Shown: positions 22,751-33,234, counted from the whole stretch's first letter. The stretch is DNA of 62,990 nt, filler included, from 15 parts of 15 records of this genome joined end to end with filler, not necessarily neighbours in it; one strand, 5' to 3'. Made by a program: numbers and translations. Notes: generated by a model not told the origin, from the letters alone.

Positions 22751-25114
22751 TTATTTACCCGTAAAATTATACTGCAAGCCAATCACCACAGTGCGTGGAG
22801 CGGCTGGTGTGTAGGTTGTCCTGTCAGTTGCATTATTACCTCTTGAAGCTTGGTTGGCGTACAATTCGTCAGTCAAGTTCATGATGTTCGTAAATACTTC
22901 AATGCCTTTGAAATTATAGCCCGCACGGAAATTCAATACACTCACGCCTGAAAGTCCGAAAGCAGTTTTGTCGTTGTACATCACAGTATTTGTTTGGTTT
23001 TGATAATATGATGACAAGCGTTGCCACTCGATAGCAGCACGTAAACCTTTCGCCCATTTTGGTTTGTAAGTGATTTCAGAATTGGCAATAAACGAAGGAG
23101 CTGAAGGCATATCTTTGCCATTTACATCTTTCACCAAATCTGATGACTTGGTACTCAAAGTAAATTCTATGAACCGGTGAACGGCATTTGTTCCGCCAAA
23201 ACGAATAAACCATTCTGAGTTTGGCTTATAAGTAATGCCGTATTCAATACCTCTGTGCAAAGTTTTTCCAGCAGATTGATAGTCAGTAGAGTTGTCGGGC
23301 TGACGAATACTTAATAATTCGTTTTTACCATTCATTTCATAATAGGCAACGTCGATATAAATTTTATTATCTAAAAACGATGCCCAGCCACCCACTTCTT
23401 TGTTGTCGAAATAGGCAGGCGTTAAATTGTAGTAAAATGGATTAGCACTTCCTGTTGGTGTTTTACGGAAAACTGCTGTTAAGCCCGGAGGCGAGAAGCC
23501 TTGTGAATAATTAACATAAATTCCTTTTCCATTGCCTAAATCATAAGTCACTCCGATTTTGGGCGTTACTTGGCTGTACTCTTTTGTCCCTGTAGAGTTG
23601 TTATCCAAATAATTTAAATAATCGAATGACATACGGTCGTAACGAAGTCCTAATGAAAGTCTTAATTTTTGAATAGGTTCAAAATCAAATTGTGAGAATA
23701 AACCTGTATTGTAGATTTTAGCATCATACTTGGCTACAAAAACATCTGGATTTTCTTTTACCAAAGTATATTTTTCAACCGATTTTCCGTCTGGACGTAG
23801 TTTTGCTGAAAGGTCAATTGTATAAGAACGATACGGATTCGTTGAATAATCATAAGTACCACCGACTAATAAACGAGCTTTCAAGAAATTAAATCTTTGT
23901 GAATGCTGTGCCAAAACGCCATAAGAAGTAAATGAATTATCATTGATTTCTCCTTTAGCTGTAGTCGCTCCAGTCGTCCAGCGAATTGAATAACTTGGGT
24001 TTTGTCCGACAAAATTATTACGGTAATATGGCGTAACGGTTGTTTCTGCATTAGCATTCCAAGTATGTTCTAAAGAAATTTTGGCACGAGTCGCTAATAC
24101 TTTTCTGTAAGTAAAATCTGAAGTTGATGAATATTCTCTTTTGTAAAATGCGATAGAGTCAACGCTTCCGCCTGTTTGTGAGTAGTAATCGTTATAAGCC
24201 AAAGTACTTACCAATCGAGTTTTATCAGAAATTTTGTATTCGGCTCTGGCATTGAAAGACGTTTTGTCAAAATCACTTCTTGCTTGCCAAGAATCTACTT
24301 GTTTCGCCACATAACCGCCTAAGTACAAACCAAATTTACCAACAGTTGCACCTGCTCCGTATTGCACTCTTTTATAACCATAATTATCAAACTGAACACC
24401 TACTCTTGCAGTGGGTACGGCAGTTGGGCGTTGTGTAATAAAGTTAATCGCACCGCCAACGGCTTCGGGGCCGTACAAAGAGGAAGCTGGACCTTTTACT
24501 ACTTCTACAGATGAAACTGAAAATACATTCATTTCAATAATGGCATTGTGGTTGAAAACGCCCATCGGACGAATCGGCACGCCATCTTCTAAATACAAAA
24601 AATACGCAGAAGTCCCCATTGGTTGACGAATACCCATTCCGTGTTGTTCGTTGTTGTAGTTCATCATCACAACGCCGGGCGTTTTGTTGATGATTTCGTA
24701 CATACTTGTTGGCTTGGCATCGTTAATCAAGGTTGAAGATAATTTTGAAATCGCTATAGGAGCTTCTGTACGCAAACCTGCTTCACGATTGGCAGTTACT
24801 ACTACTTGTTGAAGATTTTCTACCGAAGGCTCTAAAGGAATATTGAGTACTTGCTCGGCTTTGTAATCCATTTCTAAAGTCTGAAAACCAATGCTTGAAA
24901 TCGAAATTTTATTGATTTTTTCCTTGGTTTTCAAGGCAAATTCACCGTTGATATTGGTAGTAGTTCCAGCGGTTGTGCCTAAAGCTTTTACAGAAGCACC
25001 TACTACGGGTTCTTTGGTGGAGCTATCAAAAATTTTACCTTTTATTAGATTTTGGGCAAAGGAAGTACTTATCGTCAAAAACATGACGAGGATAAAATTG
25101 AATATGTTTTTCAT
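22751..25114 (-). CDS. TonB-dependent outer-membrane receptor with N-terminal carboxypeptidase-regulatory-like domain
   Basis: Signal peptide, IKGKIFDSSTKEPVVGASV, VVVTANR, plug motif VEVVKGPASSLYGPEAVGGAINFIT, C-terminal PRTVVIGLQYNF. Confidence 0.95.
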   Translation of the reverse strand: MKNIFNFILVMFLTISTSFAQNLIKGKIFDSSTKEPVVGASVKALGTTAGTTTNINGEFALKTKEKINKISISSIGFQTLEMDYKAEQVLNIPLEPSVENLQQVVVTANREAGLRTEAPIAISKLSSTLINDAKPTSMYEIINKTPGVVMMNYNNEQHGMGIRQPMGTSAYFLYLEDGVPIRPMGVFNHNAIIEMNVFSVSSVEVVKGPASSLYGPEAVGGAINFITQRPTAVPTARVGVQFDNYGYKRVQYGAGATVGKFGLYLGGYVAKQVDSWQARSDFDKTSFNARAEYKISDKTRLVSTLAYNDYYSQTGGSVDSIAFYKREYSSTSDFTYRKVLATRAKISLEHTWNANAETTVTPYYRNNFVGQNPSYSIRWTTGATTAKGEINDNSFTSYGVLAQHSQRFNFLKARLLVGGTYDYSTNPYRSYTIDLSAKLRPDGKSVEKYTLVKENPDVFVAKYDAKIYNTGLFSQFDFEPIQKLRLSLGLRYDRMSFDYLNYLDNNSTGTKEYSQVTPKIGVTYDLGNGKGIYVNYSQGFSPPGLTAVFRKTPTGSANPFYYNLTPAYFDNKEVGGWASFLDNKIYIDVAYYEMNGKNELLSIRQPDNSTDYQSAGKTLHRGIEYGITYKPNSEWFIRFGGTNAVHRFIEFTLSTKSSDLVKDVNGKDMPSAPSFIANSEITYKPKWAKGLRAAIEWQRLSSYYQNQTNTVMYNDKTAFGLSGVSVLNFRAGYNFKGIEVFTNIMNLTDELYANQASRGNNATDRTTYTPAAPRTVVIGLQYNFTGK

Positions 25115-25397
25115 CTTTTTTATGAATAGCAATAGGCTACTGAGCTTTTGAATTCTTGTTTTTATGAGCTTAAATCATCCAGAAAGCTTTCTCGTATTGA
25201 AATAATACAAAGCATACATGGCTGAATCAAGCAGACATACAAAAACCAAACAGCAGCATTTTAAAGAATGACTGTGTTAATACTTGAAAGAAAATGGGGG
25301 ATTTGTTCGTTTATATATTTTGAAGCAAAAGATTAACAGGGAAGAAAGCCAGATACTTCTTCAAAAAATAAAAAACAAAACCAGAAAATTTCTGTGA

Positions 25398-25787
25398 TTA
25401 GACAGTCGGAGGATGAAAAAGAGAAGAACTAACGCTTACTGAATTTTCAGTAAGAAATGTGTAGATAGATTTTGAAGAAAGAGGTAAAAAAGCCCATTCT
25501 AATGAGAAAGTTGGCTCGGCATCAAACACTTCTTCCAAGATTTTCTTGAGAGATTGCCCTTGTTTTTGTGTTTCTTTGGTGGCATTGTCTTCTGCTACTT
25601 TTTGTAGTTTTTTAGCTAAATAACAATGACCATTACAATTCATTTGTGGTTTGAAACGGTTTTCACAAAGGTTTTGAATGATGTACTCCTTTCTTAATTC
25701 AAAATCCAAATACACCACAGGTACGAGTAGCGTTTTTACGCTAATCAACACCAACAGCAGTAAAGCTATGTAGTTTTTGGTTTTCAT
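25398..25787 (-). CDS. Conserved Bacteroidota Cys-rich small protein; candidate metal-sensing leader ORF (DUF2946/CruR-like layout)
   Basis: N-terminal hydrophobic segment, Cys cluster LCENRFKPQMNCNGHCYLAKKL, C-terminal LFHPPTV. Co-oriented about 280 nt upstream of the TonB receptor. Confidence 0.8.
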   Translation of the reverse strand: MKTKNYIALLLLVLISVKTLLVPVVYLDFELRKEYIIQNLCENRFKPQMNCNGHCYLAKKLQKVAEDNATKETQKQGQSLKKILEEVFDAEPTFSLEWAFLPLSSKSIYTFLTENSVSVSSSLFHPPTV

Positions 25788-25916
25788 GGATTTTTAAATT
25801 TCACGCAATTTACTACCAGAATCAATAAGTTGTACCCTGATGTTATTTTAAATAAAAATCAATTTAAAATATTTACTTTTGTGGATTACTAACCACAAAA
25901 ATTAATCATCAACATC

Positions 25917-26516
25917 ATGTCAGACTTTCAAACATTCTTCAAGCTTGGCTTTCAACACATTACAGATATCAATGGTTATGACCATATTTTGTTTGTTGTT
26001 GCGCTATGTGCTATTTTTCGACTCAAGGATTTAAAAAAGGTAGCTATTTTGGTTACAGCATTTACCATTGGGCACTCGCTTACTTTGGCTTTGGCAACAC
26101 TTCAAATAATTACTTATAGCTCAGAATTTATAGAATTTTTAATTCCCGTCACTATTGTCCTTACTTGTTTTATCAATCTGTTTCATAAATCTTCTGAGCG
26201 AGCTTCACAAGCAGAACATTCTTCCATTTTACGTTATCCGATGGCGATGTTATTTGGGTTAATTCATGGAATGGGTTTTTCAAATTACCTTAGAAGTTTG
26301 TTGGGAAAAGAAGAAAGTATTTGGCAACCGCTTTTGTCCTTTAATATTGGTTTAGAAATCGGACAATTACTGATTGTGTTACTTTCCTTACTGTTGAGCT
26401 CTTTATTGTTAGATATTTTCAAAGTGAAAAAACATGATTGGAATTTAATTCTATCAAGTTTAGTAGCGGGAATTGCTATTACTTTAATTTTAGGGACAGA
26501 TTTTTTGAAGGCTTAA
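25917..26516 (+). CDS. HupE/UreJ-family membrane protein (putative Ni/Co or other metal transporter)
   Basis: GFQHITDINGYDHILF, TAFTIGHSLTLAL, FGLIHGMGF, FNIGLEIGQ. Confidence 0.92.
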   Translation: MSDFQTFFKLGFQHITDINGYDHILFVVALCAIFRLKDLKKVAILVTAFTIGHSLTLALATLQIITYSSEFIEFLIPVTIVLTCFINLFHKSSERASQAEHSSILRYPMAMLFGLIHGMGFSNYLRSLLGKEESIWQPLLSFNIGLEIGQLLIVLLSLLLSSLLLDIFKVKKHDWNLILSSLVAGIAITLILGTDFLKA

Positions 26517-26517
26517 A

Positions 26518-26557
26518 TAGGTATTTTCCTCAGCTATTACGCTGAAGAAAATACCTA
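26518..26557. terminator. Hairpin terminator between convergent hupE/ureJ and histidine kinase genes
   Basis: TAGGTATTTTC-CTCAGC-TATTAC-GCTGAA-GAAAATACCTA. Confidence 0.75.
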
Positions 26558-26564
26558 AATCATT

Positions 26565-27620
26565 TTATACTACAGGATTGATTGAGTCTATTTTATTAGG
26601 AATGATGATTTTAAAAGTAGTTCCTTGTCCTTCGATACTCTCAAAAAAGATTCTCCCTCCAAGTTTTTCGATGGTATATCTTAATGTATAAAGTCCAATT
26701 CCTGTGCCATGTGCTTGACTAGTAGCACGATAGAATAGCTTGAAAATGTTTTTTTGCAATTCCTTTTTGATGCCAATTCCATTGTCTGACAAAATAATTT
26801 TTACAAATTCCTTATCGCCTGAAATATTTATTTTTAAGGATGAATCATCTCTTTCAATATTTCTGTATTTGATTGCATTATCAATGATGTTCTGAAATAA
26901 TGAAGTAATGATGGATTTATCAAAGTAAAAATCAAAAGGTAAATCTATTATTTCTTCAAAATGTTGAGCAGAATAACCTTCAACACTGGCTAGAGATTTT
27001 TTTACTTCATCAATAATAGTCCTGAAATCAATTAATTCAAAATGCGGAATCTCTTTTTGGATTTTGAGTGATTTGTTTACTTGCTCTACCGTTTCTAATA
27101 ATCTACTAACACTTTCATTAATCAGTCCGCAATAGCTTTTTAGGGTATCAATATCAACGGGGTCTTCTTGAAGTGCCATTTTTGTTAATTCCAATACACT
27201 TGTCATTGGGCTTTTAATATCGTGCGATAATCTGTACGAAAATACTTCTAAAGATTCTATCGTATTTCTATATTCGGTAATATTAGAAATTGCCACACCA
27301 ACACCATTACCAACTTTGAAGGCTTTTACTCTGTTGTACTGATTTCCATAAATTGGGCTTCCAATAATTTCTTCAATAATAATGGGTTTACCAGTAAGTA
27401 TTACTTCATTGTATTTTTTTACTAATCCTTTTTCTTCAGCGTTAGGAGCTACTTCTAAAATATGTTTTCCAACGAAAGCATCTCGCTCAAGATGATAAAA
27501 TTTAAGTAAGGTTTCATTTGCATCTATAACATTCAGTTCACTGTCAAATAGAATAAAATGAAGCTCTGCATTATCAAAAAAAGCAGAGCGAAGAGTTTGT
27601 TGTTCATTTTCCGTTATCAT
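26565..27620 (-). CDS. Cytoplasmic PAS-domain sensor histidine kinase
   Basis: N-terminal PAS-like region, H-box SHDIKSPM, N-box NIIDNAIKY, G1 DNGIGI, G2 GTGIGLY. No TM segment. Confidence 0.93.
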   Translation of the reverse strand: MITENEQQTLRSAFFDNAELHFILFDSELNVIDANETLLKFYHLERDAFVGKHILEVAPNAEEKGLVKKYNEVILTGKPIIIEEIIGSPIYGNQYNRVKAFKVGNGVGVAISNITEYRNTIESLEVFSYRLSHDIKSPMTSVLELTKMALQEDPVDIDTLKSYCGLINESVSRLLETVEQVNKSLKIQKEIPHFELIDFRTIIDEVKKSLASVEGYSAQHFEEIIDLPFDFYFDKSIITSLFQNIIDNAIKYRNIERDDSSLKINISGDKEFVKIILSDNGIGIKKELQKNIFKLFYRATSQAHGTGIGLYTLRYTIEKLGGRIFFESIEGQGTTFKIIIPNKIDSINPVV

Positions 27621-27986
27621 AATTAATTAATTAATTTGGATTTAGTTATTTTATTCGAATTTGGATAGTGTAGAAATTACTTTCCAAAGCCTTTTTTGTT
27701 TAAGTTATGATTTCTCAATCAAATTATCTCAATAAAAATGGATGAAATTTTTATTAATTTTCATTGAAAATATTAGAGATATTTCATCATCCTATATTTA
27801 TGTGTTTTTATGTTTTTTGCTTATCTTGAAATATTTATATTGCTTTTCACTTAGAATTTCTGGCAAACAAAATAACTGTTGAGATATATATAAAATATCT
27901 TTATATTGTATTTGTATTAGTTTATGAAGTAATAAAAGCAAATTAATAGTAATTCAACCTTCTTCCCATTATCATTAAATTAGTTT

Positions 27987-29915
27987 ATGTTTCAAAAAGT
28001 ATTTGTGTTGATATTGTTTTCTTTGTTATTACCTTTCTTGGTTTTTTCTCAACAAAAAAAACTTGACCAACTGCTTTCGCAATGGAAGAAGTTAAGTGTT
28101 TCTGCCCAACAGAAATCAGATACAACTACAATCAATTTATTGAATACCATTGCAAACGAGTACATGCAAACGGTTTCCGACAGTGCTTTTATTTTTTCAG
28201 AGAAAGCTTTAGCATTATCCAAATCGCTAAAATATGATAAAGGAAGTTCTGTTGCTTATGTCAATATTGGTAAAATGCACTACATGAAAGGCAATTACGA
28301 CTTGTCTTTAAACTATATACTTACTTCATTAAATATCAGTAATAAAAGTAATGATAAAGCGGGAGTAGCAGGGGCGTCCAATGTAATTGGGTTGATTTAC
28401 CTTGCCCAGAAAAAAACTAATCTAGCCCTAGCAGAATTCCTAAAGGCGGCAAAAATCAATACCAATATCAACAATCAAACAAGATTATCAGCTAATTACT
28501 TTAATGTTGCTTTGACTTATTTAGAGGCAAAATCAGATAGTGCTCTTCATTACTTTTTACTGTCTAAATCAATCAGCACAAAAATCCACGACGAGCATTT
28601 GATTGCGATGGCAAACAATAGACTCGGCGATTACTTTTTACAAAAATCACAAACACATAAAGCAATTGTTTATTATTCTTCTGTGCTAAAGAATAAAAAA
28701 TATCAAAACGATTGGGAGAATAGTTTCGCTTATACTGGTCTGGCAAAATGTTATTATAAGCAAGGCAAGTTTAAAGAAGCAAGTATCAATAGTGGAAAAG
28801 GGCTTTCTTTAGCCCAAAAAAATAATACTAAATGGGATATTGAACAAGCTTTAAGAGTATTGCACGAATCCTATAGCGCACTTGGCGACTCAAAAAATGC
28901 TTATAAATATCTTTTGATGGATAAAATTTATAGCGATAGTTTATTTGATGAATCAAAAGAAAAGGAAATAAATGCACTCAACTTAAAGCAACAACAAGCT
29001 GAAAACGAAGTGTTGATTAAGAAAAATCAGATTGCGGAGGAGAAAGAAGCCACTAGCCAAATGGTAACCCTCATCATTATACTGATTGCTTTATTCTTAA
29101 TGATTATTACCTTGATTACTTTTAGAAATGCTAAGAGGAATAAAAAATTATACCAAGCACTCCAGAAAAAAACAGATTTCATCGCCTCTCAGAATGAATT
29201 AATTGAGCAAAAAAATGAAGAGCTTAATCATTCCAATCAAACAAAAGATAGATTGTTTTCTATCATTGGACATGATTTAAGAGGGCCATTTGCTACGATG
29301 CTTGGGGCATTAGAATTATTTAAGACAGGAGAATTGGAAGAAGAAGATAAACAAATGATGCTTGATAGAATTTTAGAGCAAATGACTGTTACTTCTGCCA
29401 TGTTAGAAAACCTATTGGCTTGGGCAAATAGCCAGCGAGAAGGTTTGAAAACGCAATCAATAGACTTGTCTTTAACAGGAATTATCAATGAAATACTTGG
29501 TGTTTTTGTGATGGTGGCGGGTGAAAAAAACATTCAGCTTATTCATCATTTTGAAGAACCTCTATCAATTAAAGGCGACCCCGATCAAATTCGAATACTC
29601 TTCCAAAATTTAGTAGCTAATGCCATTAAATTTACCAAACCCAAAGGTAAAATCGTAATTAGTTATGCTGTGAGCGATACTGCTATTAAAGTTTCTATCA
29701 AAGATGATGGCGTTGGGATGTCGGAAGAGAAATTGAAATTGATTTTTCAAGAATCTGGGAAAAGTATTTCAACTTATGGTACTAAAAAAGAAAAAGGCAT
29801 TGGCATTGGCTTAATGCTTGTGAAAAAATTTGTAGAACTAAACAATGCCACCATTGCTGTGAAAAGTAAAGAAAAAGAAGGAACAGAATTTGTGGTAGAG
29901 TTTAGTAGAATTTAA
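27987..29915 (+). CDS. TPR-repeat membrane sensor histidine kinase
   Basis: Signal peptide, periplasmic TPR-like helices, one TM helix, H-box IIGHDLRGPF, NLVANAIKF, DDGVGM, GIGIGL. Confidence 0.93.
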   Translation: MFQKVFVLILFSLLLPFLVFSQQKKLDQLLSQWKKLSVSAQQKSDTTTINLLNTIANEYMQTVSDSAFIFSEKALALSKSLKYDKGSSVAYVNIGKMHYMKGNYDLSLNYILTSLNISNKSNDKAGVAGASNVIGLIYLAQKKTNLALAEFLKAAKINTNINNQTRLSANYFNVALTYLEAKSDSALHYFLLSKSISTKIHDEHLIAMANNRLGDYFLQKSQTHKAIVYYSSVLKNKKYQNDWENSFAYTGLAKCYYKQGKFKEASINSGKGLSLAQKNNTKWDIEQALRVLHESYSALGDSKNAYKYLLMDKIYSDSLFDESKEKEINALNLKQQQAENEVLIKKNQIAEEKEATSQMVTLIIILIALFLMIITLITFRNAKRNKKLYQALQKKTDFIASQNELIEQKNEELNHSNQTKDRLFSIIGHDLRGPFATMLGALELFKTGELEEEDKQMMLDRILEQMTVTSAMLENLLAWANSQREGLKTQSIDLSLTGIINEILGVFVMVAGEKNIQLIHHFEEPLSIKGDPDQIRILFQNLVANAIKFTKPKGKIVISYAVSDTAIKVSIKDDGVGMSEEKLKLIFQESGKSISTYGTKKEKGIGIGLMLVKKFVELNNATIAVKSKEKEGTEFVVEFSRI

Positions 29916-30176
29916 TGCTCATCACACAACTTTATACAATTTCATTATTGCAGTTAAAATCATTTCAATAGTTTCTAAAGGTAAATCTTTGTTTGAGTCA
30001 AAAAGCATAATTTTCATTTTTGAACGCTNNNNNNNNNNNNNNNNNNNNNNNNNNNNNNNNNNNNNNNNNNNNTTAATTAATTAANNNNNNNNNNNNNNNN
30101 NNNNNNNNNNNNNNNNNNNNNNNNNNNNACACATATACGATGGAAATGGGCTCGAATATGTTTCGAAGAAACAGAC

Positions 30177-31479
30177 CTGAAAGTACGGGCCATTAAATGT
30201 TCTGGTTTTGCCGACAAAGTCCAACACGGCATCTGTGGTTGGGGTGGATGGGGTCGGCAGCTGTGATCTATGGCGCCCTAAGTTGGTGTACGGATCCACT
30301 AGCTCTTGATCTCGCTGGTTTTCTGCCATTGCGTTCTCAATTAGTGATAGCTGTACTTTCAATGCGTCTTGCAATCTCAGATTCGAATCCAAAAGGAGAG
30401 CCGGATCGGTAAAGGGCATGGACGCCAAATAAGAGTTATCCGAAAGCATTTGAAGCAGAGAGGCTAAATCTCCTGGCAATGTAGTAGAGTCTGAAAACAT
30501 GGAAGATGCAAGAGGGTCGAGTTCTGGTGCAGGTGAAGGGGGGGATAATGCGCTGTGCTGGACGGATGGTATGGAATCATTTCTGCTCCCATCTGCAGTC
30601 GAATCGAAGAAAGGAGCGCGCTCCGGGAACATAGAAGGCTCAAAGGGAGCAAATGGAATTAGAGGAGCGTTCATTGTGTTCGGAAGAGAGGCAGTGGGAG
30701 CAGTAATTGGCGTGGGCATCGAGACGACATTCTGAGGTCGCGAAAATGAGGAGGAGGAGGCGCTTGCAGTCGAAGGTGTGGGTGAAATAGTTGTATTTTG
30801 GGGGATAGTAATTTGCGTAGATGTAGGACGCTGTAAAGTACGAGATCCGGTTTCCTGAAAGGAACAACAAGAGTGAGTTTAGATCGGGTGGGGGAGGGAT
30901 TCTAAATGTTTGATCGTACTCTCAGTAGGATTTGTTGGAGGTATTCTGCTTCACGAGCATCTTCTTCGCCATCTGTTAGTTCGTTAAGATCAAGTTCTGA
31001 ACTCACATCCGAAGCAGCATCTGGCTGAAGCTCGGAGACTGGGATGGAAGATGCAGGAGGGCGGGCAGCGGTGGTAACAGCGGGCTCCGAAGGAGAGTTT
31101 GTTGATGTAAAGAGTGGTGAACCTCTGATGGATGTATTTTGGGGAGATTCATTGGAATTTTCAGTGGTATGAATGTTATTTTGAGTCGGAAGTGAGACTG
31201 ATGCAGTAGATGCTGAACTACCATAAGATTGGGTTGAGGGCTGCAGGATCGGCCCAATAGCTGTAGATTTGAAGAACGGTGCTGTATACGAGGATAGTGA
31301 TTGTATATGTTGGGTTTCCTATTCAGGGACGATGAGTAATAAGCAGAAAAAGAGAATGGAAACAATCTTGAGCTTACGCGAAGCAGAATCTGATTCAGGT
31401 ATTCAGCTTGACGCGCATCCTCTTCACCGTCACTAAGATCGTCGAGATTTATGTCAGAACTATCAGAATCCTCTCCCAT
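30177..31479 (-). CDS. Multi-exon protein, N-terminal part; tentatively SNAPC4/SNAP190-like (Myb-domain snRNA-activating complex subunit)
   Basis: An acidic, Pro/Ser-rich N-terminus is followed by LLDSNLRLQDALKVQLSLIENAMAENQRDQELV...FNGPYFQ, resembling the SNAPC4 coiled coil plus PYF motif. No Myb repeats are seen before the contig ends. Confidence 0.4.
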
Positions 31480-31718
31480 TCCAGAGAATTTGCCGTCCAA
31501 ACTCCTCAAGGAAGCATTGTCAGAGGTTCATTGCCGGGGGCTGCCAGCAAAGTTCAACGGGGGAAGCAAAGCCACAATTGAAAAGATCCAGAGCGGGATC
31601 CAGGCGCCACCGTCTCGCCACCGTCAGAACGGATGAAAGCAGGAATCGGGCAATCCAAACACAACCACTGAAAAAGCACGTGGTTCCATCTCTATTTGAT
31701 TCAGCAGTTGTCCGTGAC

Positions 31719-33234
31719 ATGGTGCTGAAGCTTAGTAATCCGAGCCACAAATCTCGCCTATTGCGATTTCTTCGCGAAGTTGGCCGCGTCGGCGAAGTTG
31801 TGGATCTGACGCGGGTGATTGCGGTGCCTGATTCCATTCAACTTGAATATATCGATGCAACCGGAGATACTCGAAATTTTACTTTTGAATTTATCACTCC
31901 ACTTTCAGGTATGTCGTTTGGCACCTCTATAAGCTCGCATTTTCGAGGCAAACTCATATTCTTCATCTCATGCAGTCCCTGTGGATGAAAATGTGATCTT
32001 TCGGGCATTGGATCATGAGGAGCGATATGTGTCAGATGGATTTGTGGCCCATGACGGTGTCCAAAACAACATCTCTCGTGACTCCTCTCTTGCTGTCACA
32101 TTTGCACAGTTCCTAGAGCTTGGCGCGACCACCTTTGGCGGATATGATGCCTTTGTTTCACATCTGAGCCATGGCTTTATCTCAAATGATCAATACCAGC
32201 GAGCTCTTCAAGTTGTAGAGCTGCTTCCTGGTCCTTCTGCCGTGATTCTAGCATCCTTCTTCAGCACGGGTGCTCCCCGAAAACTCAGTGGCCTGACTGC
32301 AGCTTTTGCCTCGATCATTCCCGGTCTCGTGCTGATGCTCTTCTCTTCGTGGCTCTATGTCGCATATGGCAAGGATTCATCGGATGTGCAAGCATGTTTC
32401 CGCGGCGTTCGGCCGTCCATGTGTGCTATTCTTGCATTCACCATCTATCACTTCGGAAATAAGATCCTGACGGAAAAGAACGGCGCAGTCAACTATGAGC
32501 TCAGTGGACTCGCCTCACTCGCATTCCTCATGTCCATTGTCGAAATGAATATGTTCCTTGCACTGGGATTCTGCGCTGCAATCCACTACACGTACAAATT
32601 CTACTCCAAACTCACTCCCATTATGGTCCTCATCGCGCTTGCTCTCTCTGCGCCCTGCTCTGTACTATCTCCCTGGCGAGAGTCCTCCTCTGAGGGCGTG
32701 GTCGCAGGCACATCACAAGGGGGGATTTTTGCGCTCGGTCTGCTCGCAAGCCTGTTGAACTTTGGGCACCCATTCACTGCGATCGCTCTGCTTTACCGTG
32801 ATGCCGTGCAGGATAGCGACCACTGGATGTCTAACGGCGAGTTCCTTGACGGGCTCGCCATCACCACGGTCCTGCCTACCCCCGCCGCGTACTATGCTAC
32901 TTTTGTCGGGTACCTAGCCGAGGATATGACTGGTGCATTGATCATCACGCTTGCATTCTCACTGCCCGTACTGCTCTATATCTTTGTGGGCTGCCAGAGA
33001 ATGGAGCGCATTGCATGCCACCCTGTGATGTCTGTGCTGCTGGAGGGTGCCCGTGCCGGTACTGTGGGACTGGTTATGTACTCTGCTTGTCGGTTCCTGA
33101 AAATCCTGTCCGGTGGTCTTGAAACAAGCCTGTTCTCGCTCGCGCTCATCTGCCTCGTGCAATCCAAGAATGCATATTCCGAGGTCATTCTGCTGATCGT
33201 CAGCGCCATCGCTGGCAAAATCATCTATTCATAA
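31719..33234 (+). CDS. chrA: Long-chain chromate ion transporter (CHR family) with N-terminal soluble extension; intron 31909-31975
   Basis: Two CHR half-domains: FLELGATTFGG...VELLPGPSA...IIPG and LLNFGHPF...HWMSNGEFLDGLAITTVLPTP...TFVGY...FSLP. The GT-AG intron joins the two ORFs in frame. Confidence 0.88.

Noticed and set aside
27621-27636. TTAATTAATTAA inside the bacterial contig
   Set aside because: No flanking Ns; it lies in an AT-rich region just upstream of a start codon and is a chance match to the linker.
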